From: Minutocellus sp. GHC0000111
Lineage: Eukaryota
Reading direction: 5' to 3'
NCBI GenBank assembly: GCA_977018835.1
Contig: OZ361258.1
Span: 4,898,001-4,962,000 of the forward strand
Length of the DNA: 64,000 nucleotides
Positions 33,609 to 45,253 of this stretch are shown one piece after another (within the stretch, counting starts at the first letter, position 1; each line of letters starts with the position of its first letter). The notes under the pieces were generated by a model. The model had not been told where the DNA came from and did no database searches. It saw nothing but the letters and a program-made list of their open reading frames with translations. Position numbers and translations under genes: made by a program.

Positions 33609-35227
33609 CTAATGCAAGGAAAGACCACCAGAGCTTGCCAAATGAAGAATGCAAGAGCCGCTGCACCAGCCGCGTACAACGGATCGTCGCCAGTCAGAGC
33701 AAACTTCTTCTTGCGTTCTCCGCCGCCCTTGCCATAGACGACTCCATCGTCTTCAGTATCGGCATTCTTACCTCCGCCGAGCAACATTCTCTCCACGAGA
33801 CCAACTCCTTCGCTGCGAATCTTGCCGCGCCGTATCCGCTCATAGTCACCCATTATTGTAGCACCGCTTACATTCTCGCAGCTCTCGATCGCCATGACGC
33901 ATTCTGCTACCGATCCATCTCGCTCCATGACCTCGACAAGAGCATCCAATGCGCCCAGATGCCGTCTCACTTGGCTGATGCCATATCCCAAACTGTATCT
34001 GATTCGGTTTTCCATTGCTTTTTCGTCGAGATCCGGCTCGGCGGCATTAAACAGCTGTCGCAGCTGGGACAGATCGGCATATCCACCCTCGGCATTGCCA
34101 AAGGCCAATATCTCGGCACAAACGCCCGCAACACTAATGACTGCCAATTTGTCCAGAGTCTCCTCGTCGAATCCACGGTACGGCCACGCCTGCTTGGGAT
34201 CATTTTGCGATGGCAGCTTGAGAAATGAGTTATTGGCATAATCCTTCTTCTCTCGAAAGACACTTTGCTCTTGCATGGCCCGTTCTCCTCTACCTCCTTC
34301 CGAGAAAAATGGCTGGCTTCCTGAAGATGTCGTGTCAAAAGATGACTCGGAATATCCACCATCATCGTCTCGAGCCTTGTCGAAGCCCATCATCCGAGCC
34401 CTGTCCAGCCCAACCTCATCGTCACTCAGGGGATAGAACTCCACGGCATTCTTCACCGCGTTCGCCCTGTAGCCCTTGATGGGGAGACCAAGCAGGTGAC
34501 CCACCAAGAAATGCCCTGCCTCGTGCTGCAGCATCCTCCGTCGGTACGTCGGCAACACTTCCCTTTGAATGCGCACCAATATGGCCTGCAATTCGGCCGG
34601 CGCAGCAATACCAGTGCCCACAAATGCCAACGGGGCAAAGCTGAGCAGCCAAACCACGACAAAACGAAAAATATCCGGTCCAGGCAAATTCTGGTTGGCC
34701 GCGAGGGCACTGAACATGGAACCTACTGTGACACAAAGTAAAGCCAGCGAGGCTCGGTCGGCATCTCGATCGCCGTTGAGTTCTATCAATTCCATCACTG
34801 AGTACTTGGAATTGCGTATGCCGGTTTGGATGGCAAGGTCAGCATCCGAAAGGCTCCGTTCAGAGGCACCACGAGGGATGAAGAGGCTGCCATAGAGTCG
34901 GTCGCTATTCGACGTGCCTTCGCCGTCGTCATTGCAACTGGAGAGCAGGGCCTTCTCGAGGATTTTTCGTGCTGCCGTTCCCGATGCGCATTTGGTCAGC
35001 TCGTTGAGGACATCTTCATCGATTGCCTTGCCTTTTGTGGTCGTTTGGGTCGCATCTAATACTTGGTTTGATGCAAAGAGGTGAGTCAGAAGTTTGGGGG
35101 CCGAGGAAGTTCTTCGTCCGGAAGTGGTCACATGTCGTGCCGAATTTTGACTTGAAGGGGAAAACCCACTGCTACTCCCAGCGACAAGAGCAAAGAGTGC
35201 GGCTCGCAAATACTGGTACCGACCCAT
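33609..35227 (-). CDS. Plastid-targeted peptidase M41/FtsH-like Zn-metalloprotease-domain membrane protein
   Basis: Signal peptide plus GF-SP transit peptide, TM helices, QHEAGHFLVGHLLG and VAGVCAE...GGYADL. A probable 1-nt loss at ~33638 would give the C-terminus FFIWASSGGLSLH*; as given, the ORF ends at 33590. Confidence 0.75.
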
Positions 35228-35487
35228 TACGTGTGGTTTTTCTCTTGCTAGCTTGACTCACCGATTGTACTCCACAGCCTTGGCAGTGTTCTTCTGCTCG
35301 CTCGACTGGCTCTGAGGTGGTGGCAGAGCAAGGTTCGCACCAGCAAGGGTTCGCACCCCCAAGCAGAAAGCAACTCTCTCGGTTGCTCCTTGCCTTCTCT
35401 CTCGAAGATTCGGCCGAGAGTACTTCATCACGGGTTTACCGATAATAATCAATGGATATTGGCTAGCCCTTACTTAGCTTTTACGTG

Positions 35488-36282
35488 CTATAAATCTAAG
35501 CCAGCGAAGCGATTGGAAAATGTTCCGCCGCCATCGTCCTCGTCGTCGTCGTCGTCTGATGATGAATCTTCGTCAGATGACGAATCATCCCCAACCATTG
35601 CAAATATGTTGCCCGTTTTCTTAACATTGGATTCGTCTTCAGAGCTTTCTTCCTCTTCGTTGTTGGCCTGACCGCTTTCTTCCTCTTCGTCGCAATCACA
35701 CTCTGCATCTTTCTCGTCATCGCCTGTGTCTTTTGTTTGATCTTCTTCTTCGCTCTTCTTTCTTGCTTCGTCCTCCTCAACTTTGGCTTCATTGTTAGCT
35801 TTTGGTGCTGCATCTGGCTTCCTCTCACGAATGAATTTGGCTTCCACGGCACAATTTTCAATGGAATATCTTTCTTTCTCCTTTTGACTCTTTGGCTCAC
35901 GAACTCTCACCAAGATCTTCCCATTGGTGTCGCTGAGCAGGCCCTCGTCAGCACATCTCTTGAACACCCACAACCTTCGGTTGTTGAGAGAAAAATACCA
36001 CCGTTGACCGTCTGCCTCGTCGACCGGTCCCACCAAAACTTGGATCGGCGGTAAGTCTCCGGGAGATAGCTCGCCGTTACGTATCGAATCGAGCGTCGAA
36101 ACGACCGATCGGCCGCAGCCGCTGAAGTGAGGCCGAATTTTGGAATACTGGAAGCGTATGCGTTTTGGATCGACGGCTATCAGACCATCTGCATTGGGAG
36201 GTGGTATATCATCATCGCCGACATGTTGTGCTGCCTGCTTTTTGGCATTCTTGCGATTGCCCTTGCCTTTGCCGCCGCCCAT
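35488..36282 (-). CDS. Conserved hypothetical protein with ParB-like SLNNRRLW motif and acidic tail
   Basis: IRFQYSKIRPHFSGCGR...LPPIQV...YFSLNNRRLWVFK. Confidence 0.7.
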   Translation of the reverse strand: MGGGKGKGNRKNAKKQAAQHVGDDDIPPPNADGLIAVDPKRIRFQYSKIRPHFSGCGRSVVSTLDSIRNGELSPGDLPPIQVLVGPVDEADGQRWYFSLNNRRLWVFKRCADEGLLSDTNGKILVRVREPKSQKEKERYSIENCAVEAKFIRERKPDAAPKANNEAKVEEDEARKKSEEEDQTKDTGDDEKDAECDCDEEEESGQANNEEEESSEDESNVKKTGNIFAMVGDDSSSDEDSSSDDDDDEDDGGGTFSNRFAGLDL

Positions 36283-36789
36283 TTTGCTGCCTTGCTTCTC
36301 GGTCCTCCTGCGATGTGCGGTCGCGAAGGGTCAGGGGAAGAGACGGTTGATGGCCAGACGAAAAAGTCACTTCGCTTCCACTTTGCATTCCATTTCCACC
36401 ACAACTTCCACCACCAGATGGAGCGCCAGCGCTGGCATTGGCACCATGCTATGTTGGAAGACGAAGTGATCAAGGTATTAAAAAGTTCCAAACGCAGCGT
36501 GTCAGATAATTGAAGCAAAGCAGTTGGTCACTATCGATAATCACCGAGTACCACCAAGAAACACTTATGCCGCCATCCCCCGCCATGCGCTACAATTTGA
36601 AGCAAATGCAGCACCAAGATTGACATTACCAGCAGAGGCAGCAATTGCTTGCAACAAGCTCAAAAATGAACTTCGTCTCGAGTACTACATGGCGTTGTCT
36701 CGAGCGAGGGAAACAGTCGACATGAATCGATAACTTGCCGTCGTCAACTAACTTGCTGAGCGATGTCAAATCGGTCAATTTTTGTGGTC

Positions 36790-38800
36790 TGGGCAGGGTT
36801 TTGGAGGGTTTGAATCCCGACGTGTGGGTGCTTCTATTCACTTTCTTTGCCCCGGCTACCTACTACTATACCTGAGGGGCCGTGAGAGCGTTTGCGCCGA
36901 GGATTTGAGGGTAGCTTGTCGCCCCGTACTTCCTATTGCTATTCTCGGAGGTCAAAGAGAGAAGATTTTTTTGGCATTTTCTTGGGACTGGGAGGACTAG
37001 AAAAGGTTTCTGGTTTTGTTTCAGCACTCCTTTTGATTTCGTTATAGACCCTAGAGCCACAAGATCATACGGAAGCTTTGGCCGAGGGATGATCGACGGC
37101 TTGGTATTGTTTCCGACCTCTAATGGCACGCGTGAACATTGCGAAAATATCGATTTCGAGGGTCTGAACGGGTTCGAAAGGATTTATTCTCACCCTGCCG
37201 AGTTGGTTCCCCGCTCCATTTGCCTCCGTTGCCTGACAATATATCCAAAGGATGATGTGAGGGCTTGGTGTGAGGGTTGGGGTATCTCTTGTCCTTGTTT
37301 CGATTCCTAATGACACGTACGAACAATCCCCAATTGTCGAGTTTTAGGGTATGAGAGGTGGTTGGAGGGTTTGAATCTCATCTTGCGAAGCCAGGGCCCC
37401 TCTCCATTTGCTCCCGTTGTATACCCATATCACACCAGGGGGGCTGGGCGCTTGGGTGGAGGATTTTGCTATGGCTTGTTGCCCACCAACACTCTCTATT
37501 ACTGCTCCCGGACGTCGATGACGGGTAATTTTCTGACATTTCCGGCATTAATTAGACGGCTGGAACCTATACTGCTGAGCGCAGTTTACTGCTTTATTTG
37601 CTTTTGTTGCCCGTCGCTATGTTCAAAGAAGCTTGGGAGCGCTAGGAATGAGGATTGGGTGATGTCTTGCTATTGTTTCGATCCCTAATGACACGTATGA
37701 ACCAGCCCTGGATGTCTAGTTTGCGGGTCTGAGCTGTGGTGGGAGGGTTTCAATCTCAGCATTGGGCAAAGATTTTCCACTCCATTTGCTTCCGATGCCT
37801 GTCAATGTATTCAAAGCGTGATATAAGCGCTTGGACCGAGGTTTGGGCAGTGACTAGTCCACCATTTCTCACTATTTTGGCTACCGGATGCCGCTGACGT
37901 CAATTTTTGAGATTCTGCACAGGTTGGGAGAGTTTGAATCCAACCTTCTGGAGTAGATCTCTCGCTCCATTTACTTTCGTTCCCCATCGATGTATATAAA
38001 GAATGATATAAGCACTTGGACCCAGGTTTGGATCATGGCTTGACCACCAATTCTCACTATTTAGCTCCCGGGGGTCGCGGCGGACGAAAAAAATCGAGGA
38101 CCTCGCCAAAGCGATGATATTAAAACCACAGCAAGCAAGTACAAATAGCAACACAGGAGGGAACCCCTTCATTCTTTGTGACCCAAGTAAGGTTTATAAG
38201 GCTTGAGTCGAGGTTTCATTCGCTACTTGTTACGCAAGAGTGCCTATTATGGCTGGTCGGGGTCGAGGGCGGCGAAATCTGGAATTCTTGGCAGGTTGGA
38301 GGGGTTCAAATCTCGCCTCTTTTGACCAACCTATCGTTTCATTTGCTCTCATTACCTATTAATATACGCAAAAGGTCCTGTGAAGGCTTGGGCCGAGGTT
38401 TGAGCGATAAGATGATGCCAACATCGAAGTCCCCGTGCTCCTGGAGGGTCTGCGAAGCTGATTTTCGACAATCTGGGAGGGTTGGGAGGGTTCAATTCTC
38501 GCCTGTTGGGTATAATCTCTCGCTCCATTTACTTTCGTTCCCCATTGATGTATATAAAGAATGATATAAGCGCTTGGGCGGAGGTTTGGGCTATAGCTTG
38601 ACTCTCAATTCTCACTATTACTGCTCCAGCAGGTCCTTTGGCGGCAGCTCTAGGATTTCGGCGAGGCGTTGGCGTGGGCTTCCTTTGGATGGGAGGACGA
38701 TTCGCAACATAGAACGAGTTCTTCAGCTTGTGTGTTACCCACATAACTTTTGAAGGGCTTGGGCGATTCGTTCCATCGCAACTCATCGCGCAAGGGCGCC
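36790..38800. repeat. Diverged tandem array, 11 units of ~187 bp
   Basis: The anchor GCTTGGNCCGAGGTTT recurs with its GAGG-equivalent at 36899, 37084, 37272, 37459, 37650, 37838, 38023, 38210, 38395, 38581 and 38765. Confidence 0.85.
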
Positions 38801-40662
38801 TATTATTATGGCGCAACGGGGTCGATTTTGAGCTTGTCTGACCATCGGGTATAATTCTTACCAAACAACGACTGCCGGCAGCCAAGTAAGTCACTTCACC
38901 ACAGTTACTATCCATAAAATCCAACTAGATACATACCCTGACGCATCTCTATGCAAGCGGTATTACTTTAGCGACTAGTAAGTCGATCCATTAAGCTCTA
39001 ATCTTCGTGGAGGTCGACGACGATCGAGAAATGCCAAAAAATGAATGAATTTCCACACCGATTTTCCTCCATTACTTTCCATACCGGTACAAAGAACATA
39101 TCATGAGCATAGTGGTCGCTCGAAAATATGAAGGGCCGTCAATAAATACCCTTCCCATGCAGTAGATGTAGTTGATTGTTGTTCAGTATCCATTTTGAGT
39201 CTTGGGCTCAGCGCCACGCGAATTCTGGCGCCGACCTCCACGAAACATTCAGATAGTCATCAACTCACCAATTTTTGCAGCAACCCCGCGAAACTTTCCA
39301 TCAATGAGCCGCCACATATCATATGTAGGTGGGAAGAAGGTACTGCTGTAGTGACTGGACGCGCATGGGCCCAAACTATCGTCATGTAGGTAAGTTTGAC
39401 CTCCCAGATTGAGAACAGTTACCCTCCCAAAGCTGCAACATGACACAGTTTGGCAAGAATGTCGACCTAAACCGAAGATAGACGCCATTAAACTTCAGTA
39501 TATTTATACACTGTTCGGTTGGAAGGCTCTTTATCGTCAATTTGGCGTAGATTGGTATGCCTATGGCGATTATGACATCGCGGTGGAGAAGTTGATTAGA
39601 TTTTAGGGCTTTGGGTTTTACTTCTCATTGTGTGACAATGCAATGGGTTGCCACCACAAACTCAACAAGCAACACATGCACTTACACTCTCTAGCGCACA
39701 ACTTGGCAGGATTGAACGAGAATCAGTGCCCCAGGCTTCAATTTCAAGAACTATTGTACCTCACCCGATTTTGGCGCATGTTCCACCACCGGACAGTTTA
39801 CGTCAAATCCACAAAGTACCAACGAAATGACCCACTTATTGACACCCAACCCGCATCAGAGCGATCGCTCCTTTAGTGCTATGGGAGCGAAATATCAAAA
39901 GTTGTTATGTGCATCATACTGGCTTGGTTCCCATGTAGCCACATCGACATTGAGGACCGTGTTTTGTGACGAAGTCTGATTGTAGATTTTTTGAGAGCGT
40001 CGGCCTTTCGCGACTTTTGTGCGTCCAAACTCAATACCACTGCTACACTGACGCTCGACACTACCATCGGAGCGATCTTTCAAGTCGTCAAATGTTGGCA
40101 ATCTCTCATCAAATCGACACCGTCATTACTTTTCTGTGCAATTGTAGCCATCGTTGAGGTCGAGCTCGGACGGTGACAAACGCCGAAAGTCGTTTTTTTT
40201 CAGTTTCAGGAATGAGAGGCTCAGAATGACGACTCACTGGCCGAGGAGCATATACAGAGAAGATGTGCTAAGGCGGGCATGGTGGTTGCATACCATCTCG
40301 GTGGTCGTCTGGGGATGGAATGTGGTTGTCGGTGGTTGGGTGGATCGCTTTGGCACAATTGACACAAACCCCCGAAAGTCCCGATAAGCAATCCATCTAT
40401 GCCGCTGCACGGAAAAGTTTGAGGTGGCAGGCCCTACTACGTAGCTAGCACTACTACGTAGTAGCTACTACGTAGCATAAAAAGCCTGAGCACGCGTTCA
40501 ATGCGTGTTTAGTGCTGATGCGGTGATGTTCTAGTGGCTAACGCAAGCTCAGGGAGGGGGTACCCCCATTGCGCGCATAGAGACAGTTTGCTAGATTTCC
40601 TTTGTTCCGGCGCACGTAGTCAGATTCATTCGTGTGGATGATAGTTGCGCCATGCAGCAGAT

Positions 40663-42115
40663 GGCCCGGGTGCCCCGATGAGTTGAATGCGAGCAGAAGC
40701 ATGTTTTTATTAAAGTCTAAATAACGGGTGTGTTTTTAACATGTGTAGGTCTAGTGCGGCGCTCCCTCTCTAGCATGGTTCGCGCCAATGTCCTCATCAA
40801 GCGTGATGATGCCACCCACACCGCGTCCAGACTGCTCATGGTTTTTCCTCAGAAAGCTACTCTGGCACCCGCGAGCAACCTCTCCAAGGCGAAGGCCAGG
40901 GATGTGTCAATGCTGGAGAATCTTGGAACATCTTATTTCGGCTTTCCATCATCGACACACACGCTGAGCTTGCTCATGGCATGGTGTTTCAATCCGTTGA
41001 CGGAAGCATCACTAGCGATCGCACCCTCGACGGCTTTGTGGATGACAACACAGGTGGTGCCACATCTCGCTTTCCCGGTCACGACGACGAAATTTCGCTT
41101 TTGGTAGACGACGCAAAAGAAGCAGCAATTGTGCTCAGTCAACTCCTTGATTACTCTGGCGGTCTACCCAATCTCGACAAGACGGCATTGTGGGCAATGA
41201 TTCAGTCTCCTTCCTATCGTAAAGACCCACTTCTGACGAAAGATGAGATCGCCTCCCTCTGTTCAATGTCCCTTCCCGGCCCCGATGGAACCGAAGTCCC
41301 AATCCCGATGCTTGGTCCTGATGATGAGGTTGCAACGTCTGGTGGAAAACCAGCCCCCAATCTCGGTGTCCTTCTTTGCCCATCTGGTAGCATGTCACAC
41401 GAATTCAAGCGTTGGCGTGACACATCCATTGAAATGGCTGGCAGGGTCGTAGCAACTGCAATGTCTCGAGCGATGGCTTTCACCGCATGCAAAACCTTGT
41501 GGTTCTCCAAAATTCGGCATGTGTTTCCTGTTACCACCTTCTCTCGCGATCAGTGCACCAATTATGGGGTCTGTTCGGTAGGAGATCTATTCTTTGACTT
41601 GAGCCTAGCTCGTGTGTTGGCTATGGAACACGTTGTGCGGAATGCAATCGCGAATTCGATTCGGAGGGTTTAGTTTGGAAGATCCACTACAACAATTGCG
41701 CGTCGTGTTCGGTCTCCATTTTGTCCCACCTGTTATTTGGTGGTTCCTGTGATGAACGGCAAGATGTGTGGTTGCTGCGGCGAGTGGCATTGCGATCACT
41801 GTTACAACGATCATGAGATTGAAAGTGGCTTCATTGATGAGTAAAAGCGGAAGAAGTGCTGAAGTCCTCTCTTTTCAGCGCATCAAAAAAGACCGGCCGT
41901 AGATGTGTAGAGTTGATGCACGGATGTCCACAATTTCTCGGTCATTGTTTGTTTTTATGTACGTAAATTAGACATGAACATGTGTGTATGCGTTTTTGAT
42001 TGCTGCTGCGGCTTGATATTGCGAAAATTGTGTGAAAAGGCTATGTGATAAGAATTCGTATCTGTCTGTGCCTAAGCGGTGACGACTGTCTGTCTTAGAG
42101 CCGGGCACCCGGGCC
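40663..42115. mobile_element. Segment bounded by 13-bp inverted repeats and containing a non-LTR retrotransposon relic
   Basis: GGCCCGGGTGCCC at 40663-40675 and GGGCACCCGGGCC at 42103-42115. No TSD found. Confidence 0.5.
40800..41673 (+). pseudogene. Degenerate non-LTR (LINE-type) reverse transcriptase fragment
   Basis: HRVQTAHGFSSESY...LQGEGQG, then GFVDD, LLDYSGG..NLDK, LGVLLCPSG and PVTTFSRDQC, with stops and frameshifts. Confidence 0.75.
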
Positions 42116-42152
42116 CACTACGTAGGACTCCTAGTAGCTACGTACGTAGAGA

Positions 42153-42197
42153 CAGCAGGCAGCAGGCAGCAGCAGGCAGCAGCAGCAGCAGAAGCAG
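42153..42197. repeat. Imperfect (GCA)n/(CAGCAGG)n microsatellite in the 5' region of the PBP gene
   Basis: cagcaggcagcaggcagcagcaggcagcagcagcagcagaagcag. Confidence 0.85.
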
Positions 42198-42230
42198 TAC
42201 ACTCATAGTAGACGACTGACGACAGGCAGC

Positions 42231-43352
42231 ATGGAACACTCCAAATCCGCTCTCGATCTCCTCTTTTGGTTGTTGCTTCCATTTTACTTCTCCTGTACCG
42301 GTAGCTCTGCCCTGGCCGCTGCTGCCGAAGAAGGGAGAGAAGCCGCCGACACCTCCCGCATATTCGCTGTGGTTCCCAAGTTGACTCCAGAGCCTTTCTT
42401 TGACGATGTTGCGGCGGGCTGCTCGGCGGAAGCCCTGAGCCACCCCAATGTGGAGTGCAGATATGTCGGAACGCAAACATTGGACGCCCAGGGGCAGGCC
42501 AGCGTAATCGACCGACTCATCGAGGAGGGCAACATCTCCGGCCTGGCCGTCGCCGTCATCGACGTGGACATTACCGGCGCAGCGATCGACCGAGCGGTCG
42601 AGGCGAACATACCGGTGATAACCTTTGACTCCGACGCACCCGGCAGCCGCCGCTTCGCCCACATTGGCACCAACGACTTTGAGCTCGGCCAGAGCTTCGC
42701 GTGGCTGCTTTCTGCCTACGGCCGGCGCAACAGCGGGAACTTTGCAGTGATCTCGTCGGAAGCTCCGAACCTAGACGAGCGTGTTGATGGGATCTTTCGC
42801 GAGCTGGAGGAGACGTTCGCCGATTCTCAATGGACTGAGATTGTTTCCCCCACCAATTGCCATAACAGCAACGACGAAGCTCTGGAGCAAATGTACGAGC
42901 TTGCCTCGGACCCCAACCTTGATGCGATTGTATCGGTCGGTGGCTGGCCAATGCGGGTCGAGCCATCGAGCCGTTGGAAGGATTTCGTCGATTCCAACAG
43001 ACATCTGCTCCTATTCGTCGCCGACGCTGCCCCTGTCCAAGTGAAACTGATGAACGAAGGATATGCCGACGCACTGGTGGGCCAGAAACCTATTGAAATA
43101 GGCGAGCTCATCATCCAGACATTTGTAGAGCACAGTCAAACAAACTCGACGAAGCAGCAGCAGCATCAGCATCAAGGGGATGATCTAGATACGGATGGAA
43201 TTATGATCTTCACAGGCGAACAGATATTCCTGAGAGAATCGCCATCCTCTGCAGCCGCAGCATTCTATGAGCTTGATTACAAAACCCAGCTCCTCTCATT
43301 TGGGATCTTTGTTGCCATGTACCGGTCATTGCATGGCATTGCCTTCCAGTAA
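42231..43352 (+). CDS. Stand-alone type I periplasmic (sugar)-binding-fold protein, secreted, with hydrophobic C-terminus
   Basis: FAVVPKL..PFFDDV..GC, GLAVAVID, IPVITFDSDAPGSRRFAHIGTND and LVGQKP; signal peptide. Confidence 0.85.
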   Translation: MEHSKSALDLLFWLLLPFYFSCTGSSALAAAAEEGREAADTSRIFAVVPKLTPEPFFDDVAAGCSAEALSHPNVECRYVGTQTLDAQGQASVIDRLIEEGNISGLAVAVIDVDITGAAIDRAVEANIPVITFDSDAPGSRRFAHIGTNDFELGQSFAWLLSAYGRRNSGNFAVISSEAPNLDERVDGIFRELEETFADSQWTEIVSPTNCHNSNDEALEQMYELASDPNLDAIVSVGGWPMRVEPSSRWKDFVDSNRHLLLFVADAAPVQVKLMNEGYADALVGQKPIEIGELIIQTFVEHSQTNSTKQQQHQHQGDDLDTDGIMIFTGEQIFLRESPSSAAAAFYELDYKTQLLSFGIFVAMYRSLHGIAFQ

Positions 43353-43894
43353 ATATAGAGATACACCTCTACATAGATCCAGCTCTAGAAAAGTACCGGC
43401 AAAAGCACCGGTGTCGATTAGCGTGTGCATGTTTAAAAAAGGGAAAATGCGAACATGCGCCACCACCCTACATGTAGATCTACCGGTAGATCTAGAGCTA
43501 GCTAGATCTAGTTTATTGGAACTATCTTTTAAGTTCGGAAATCTCGTATGCTAAATTGGCCACGCAGGAAGCCTCTTGTCCTCTTTTTCACTGGAAGGAA
43601 ACTTGCTTGCTTGGATTTGCCCTTTCAGGGCTCTTGCCGCCGGGTTGACTGATATAACATGGTCTTTGAAAGTCCCGATATATAAAGCAATCGGCCCAGC
43701 CATATGGCCATGTCAACAAATTTGAGTGGTCTGTCCGTCACCAAAATTCTCACGACCGAATAGTAAAACCGACACATGATGTGTTGAGGGGAAGATACGC
43801 CGGCGATTGGAGGGAAGTTGGTTGTTGGTGTATCCTACAGCACTTTGGGGCGAAGGAAATTGTGTGATAGTAACGCAGGGAGTGGTATTCGGGT

Positions 43895-45253
43895 ATGATG
43901 ATTCGTCGGAATTCTCGAAGCCAAGGACGCCTCATTCTCGCTTCGCCTGCAATGGTTGTTTCGGCATGCGTTCTTCTTCTGAGCTTGATACAATCCACGA
44001 GGGCCCAGCAAGATACTCCTGGCACTCAAGAGGAACAGCTGGACTACAGTTACGATCCAACGTCTCCCATCGGTCCGTCCCGATGGTCACAGATTTCCAA
44101 TGCCGCTGACTTGTCACCGTACGCCGCCTATCCCACGCTCGACCTCGATGGCAACGAGTGCGCCTCCACCTACCGTCCGTCCCCACTCCATATTCGTCCG
44201 ACGCCCGATCGACCATTTGCAGAATGCATCGACAGACACGAGATGTTGACGCGTCAGATCGATCCAAATATGAGCTGCACGCCGTTCGATGCGACATTTA
44301 GCATTACTCCACACACGCTCAAAATGTCGTTCCCACCGACGGACGACCCATTACAAAATGGATGCTTCCGACCCAGAATCAATCTGAGTGGCAACTTTCC
44401 TGAGGAATTTGTCTTCAGCTGGTTGGAGGTGCACGCCCGTTCGGACCATGTCATAGATGGCAAGCGATACGATGCCGAGATACAGCAGGTTCACTTGGGT
44501 CAGGGCGAGGATGATTACATGGTGGCTACTGTAAGTGTGCTGGTCGAAGCCACTGCCAGAAGAGACAATCCTGAGTTCCAATGGATGTTGGATCAGTGGC
44601 AAGAGGTGGCGGATGGAATGGACCGTGATTGCAGGGAGACTCGTGGGGGTGGTGGTAGGAGGCAACGAAGAGCAGCAGCAACCTCGGCAACGATGAAAGG
44701 TCGTAAAGAGAGGATAGAACGTCGACGAAAGCTGATCAGAGAGCACGGCGCCGACGTCATTGCCAACTTTGCTTTGCAGGCTGAAGAAGATTATGCGAGA
44801 ATATATTTTGGTAGCAATGGGCAATTGTTGAATCACCAGCACCAGCCACAACATCGCCGGGCACAGTACGGGGAATACTCTTGCCGGGCAGATCCTCGCG
44901 GGCACGGGTGTCCAGGCTATGGCAAGCGTCGCAAGGCCTTCCCGCATACCCTGTGGCCGACCATCTACTACTTTGGTTATCGGGGTAGCATTACCGCTCC
45001 TCCTTGTTCCGACATTGTCAACTGGCGCATATTGGATGTGCCGCTGGAAATTTCCAAGCGGCAATACCAGCAACTCACTACGCTAATGGACTCGTACCGC
45101 GACGAGAGTTGCGATATGACACATGGAGGAGGAAGCAAATTGGATCGGCATGGAGAGAACTATCAACCGCTTCGGGATCAGGGGGCGGTTGATATTTTCC
45201 ATTGCACACCGGACGATTTCAGGTGGTGGATGTATCTACCTGAGGATCAGTAA
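43895..45253 (+). CDS. Secreted alpha-carbonic anhydrase-like protein with altered Zn ligands
   Basis: GPSRW, SPLHI, EVHARSDHVIDGKRYDAEIQQVH and YRGSITAPPCSDIVNWR. Confidence 0.85.
   Translation: MMIRRNSRSQGRLILASPAMVVSACVLLLSLIQSTRAQQDTPGTQEEQLDYSYDPTSPIGPSRWSQISNAADLSPYAAYPTLDLDGNECASTYRPSPLHIRPTPDRPFAECIDRHEMLTRQIDPNMSCTPFDATFSITPHTLKMSFPPTDDPLQNGCFRPRINLSGNFPEEFVFSWLEVHARSDHVIDGKRYDAEIQQVHLGQGEDDYMVATVSVLVEATARRDNPEFQWMLDQWQEVADGMDRDCRETRGGGGRRQRRAAATSATMKGRKERIERRRKLIREHGADVIANFALQAEEDYARIYFGSNGQLLNHQHQPQHRRAQYGEYSCRADPRGHGCPGYGKRRKAFPHTLWPTIYYFGYRGSITAPPCSDIVNWRILDVPLEISKRQYQQLTTLMDSYRDESCDMTHGGGSKLDRHGENYQPLRDQGAVDIFHCTPDDFRWWMYLPEDQ

Noticed and set aside
36418..36733. Short gene divergent from the ParB-like gene
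   Set aside because: Fragmented frames with no recognisable domain or clear splice sites.
36790..38800. CRISPR-like array or protein-coding repeat
   Set aside because: Units are homologous along their length with no identical repeats or unique spacers, no cas genes are present, the context is eukaryotic, and the spacing breaks frame.
38900..40434. Decayed transposase with a Harbinger-like end (...GGCAGGCCC)
   Set aside because: No matching opposite TIR or protein motif could be identified; left unannotated.
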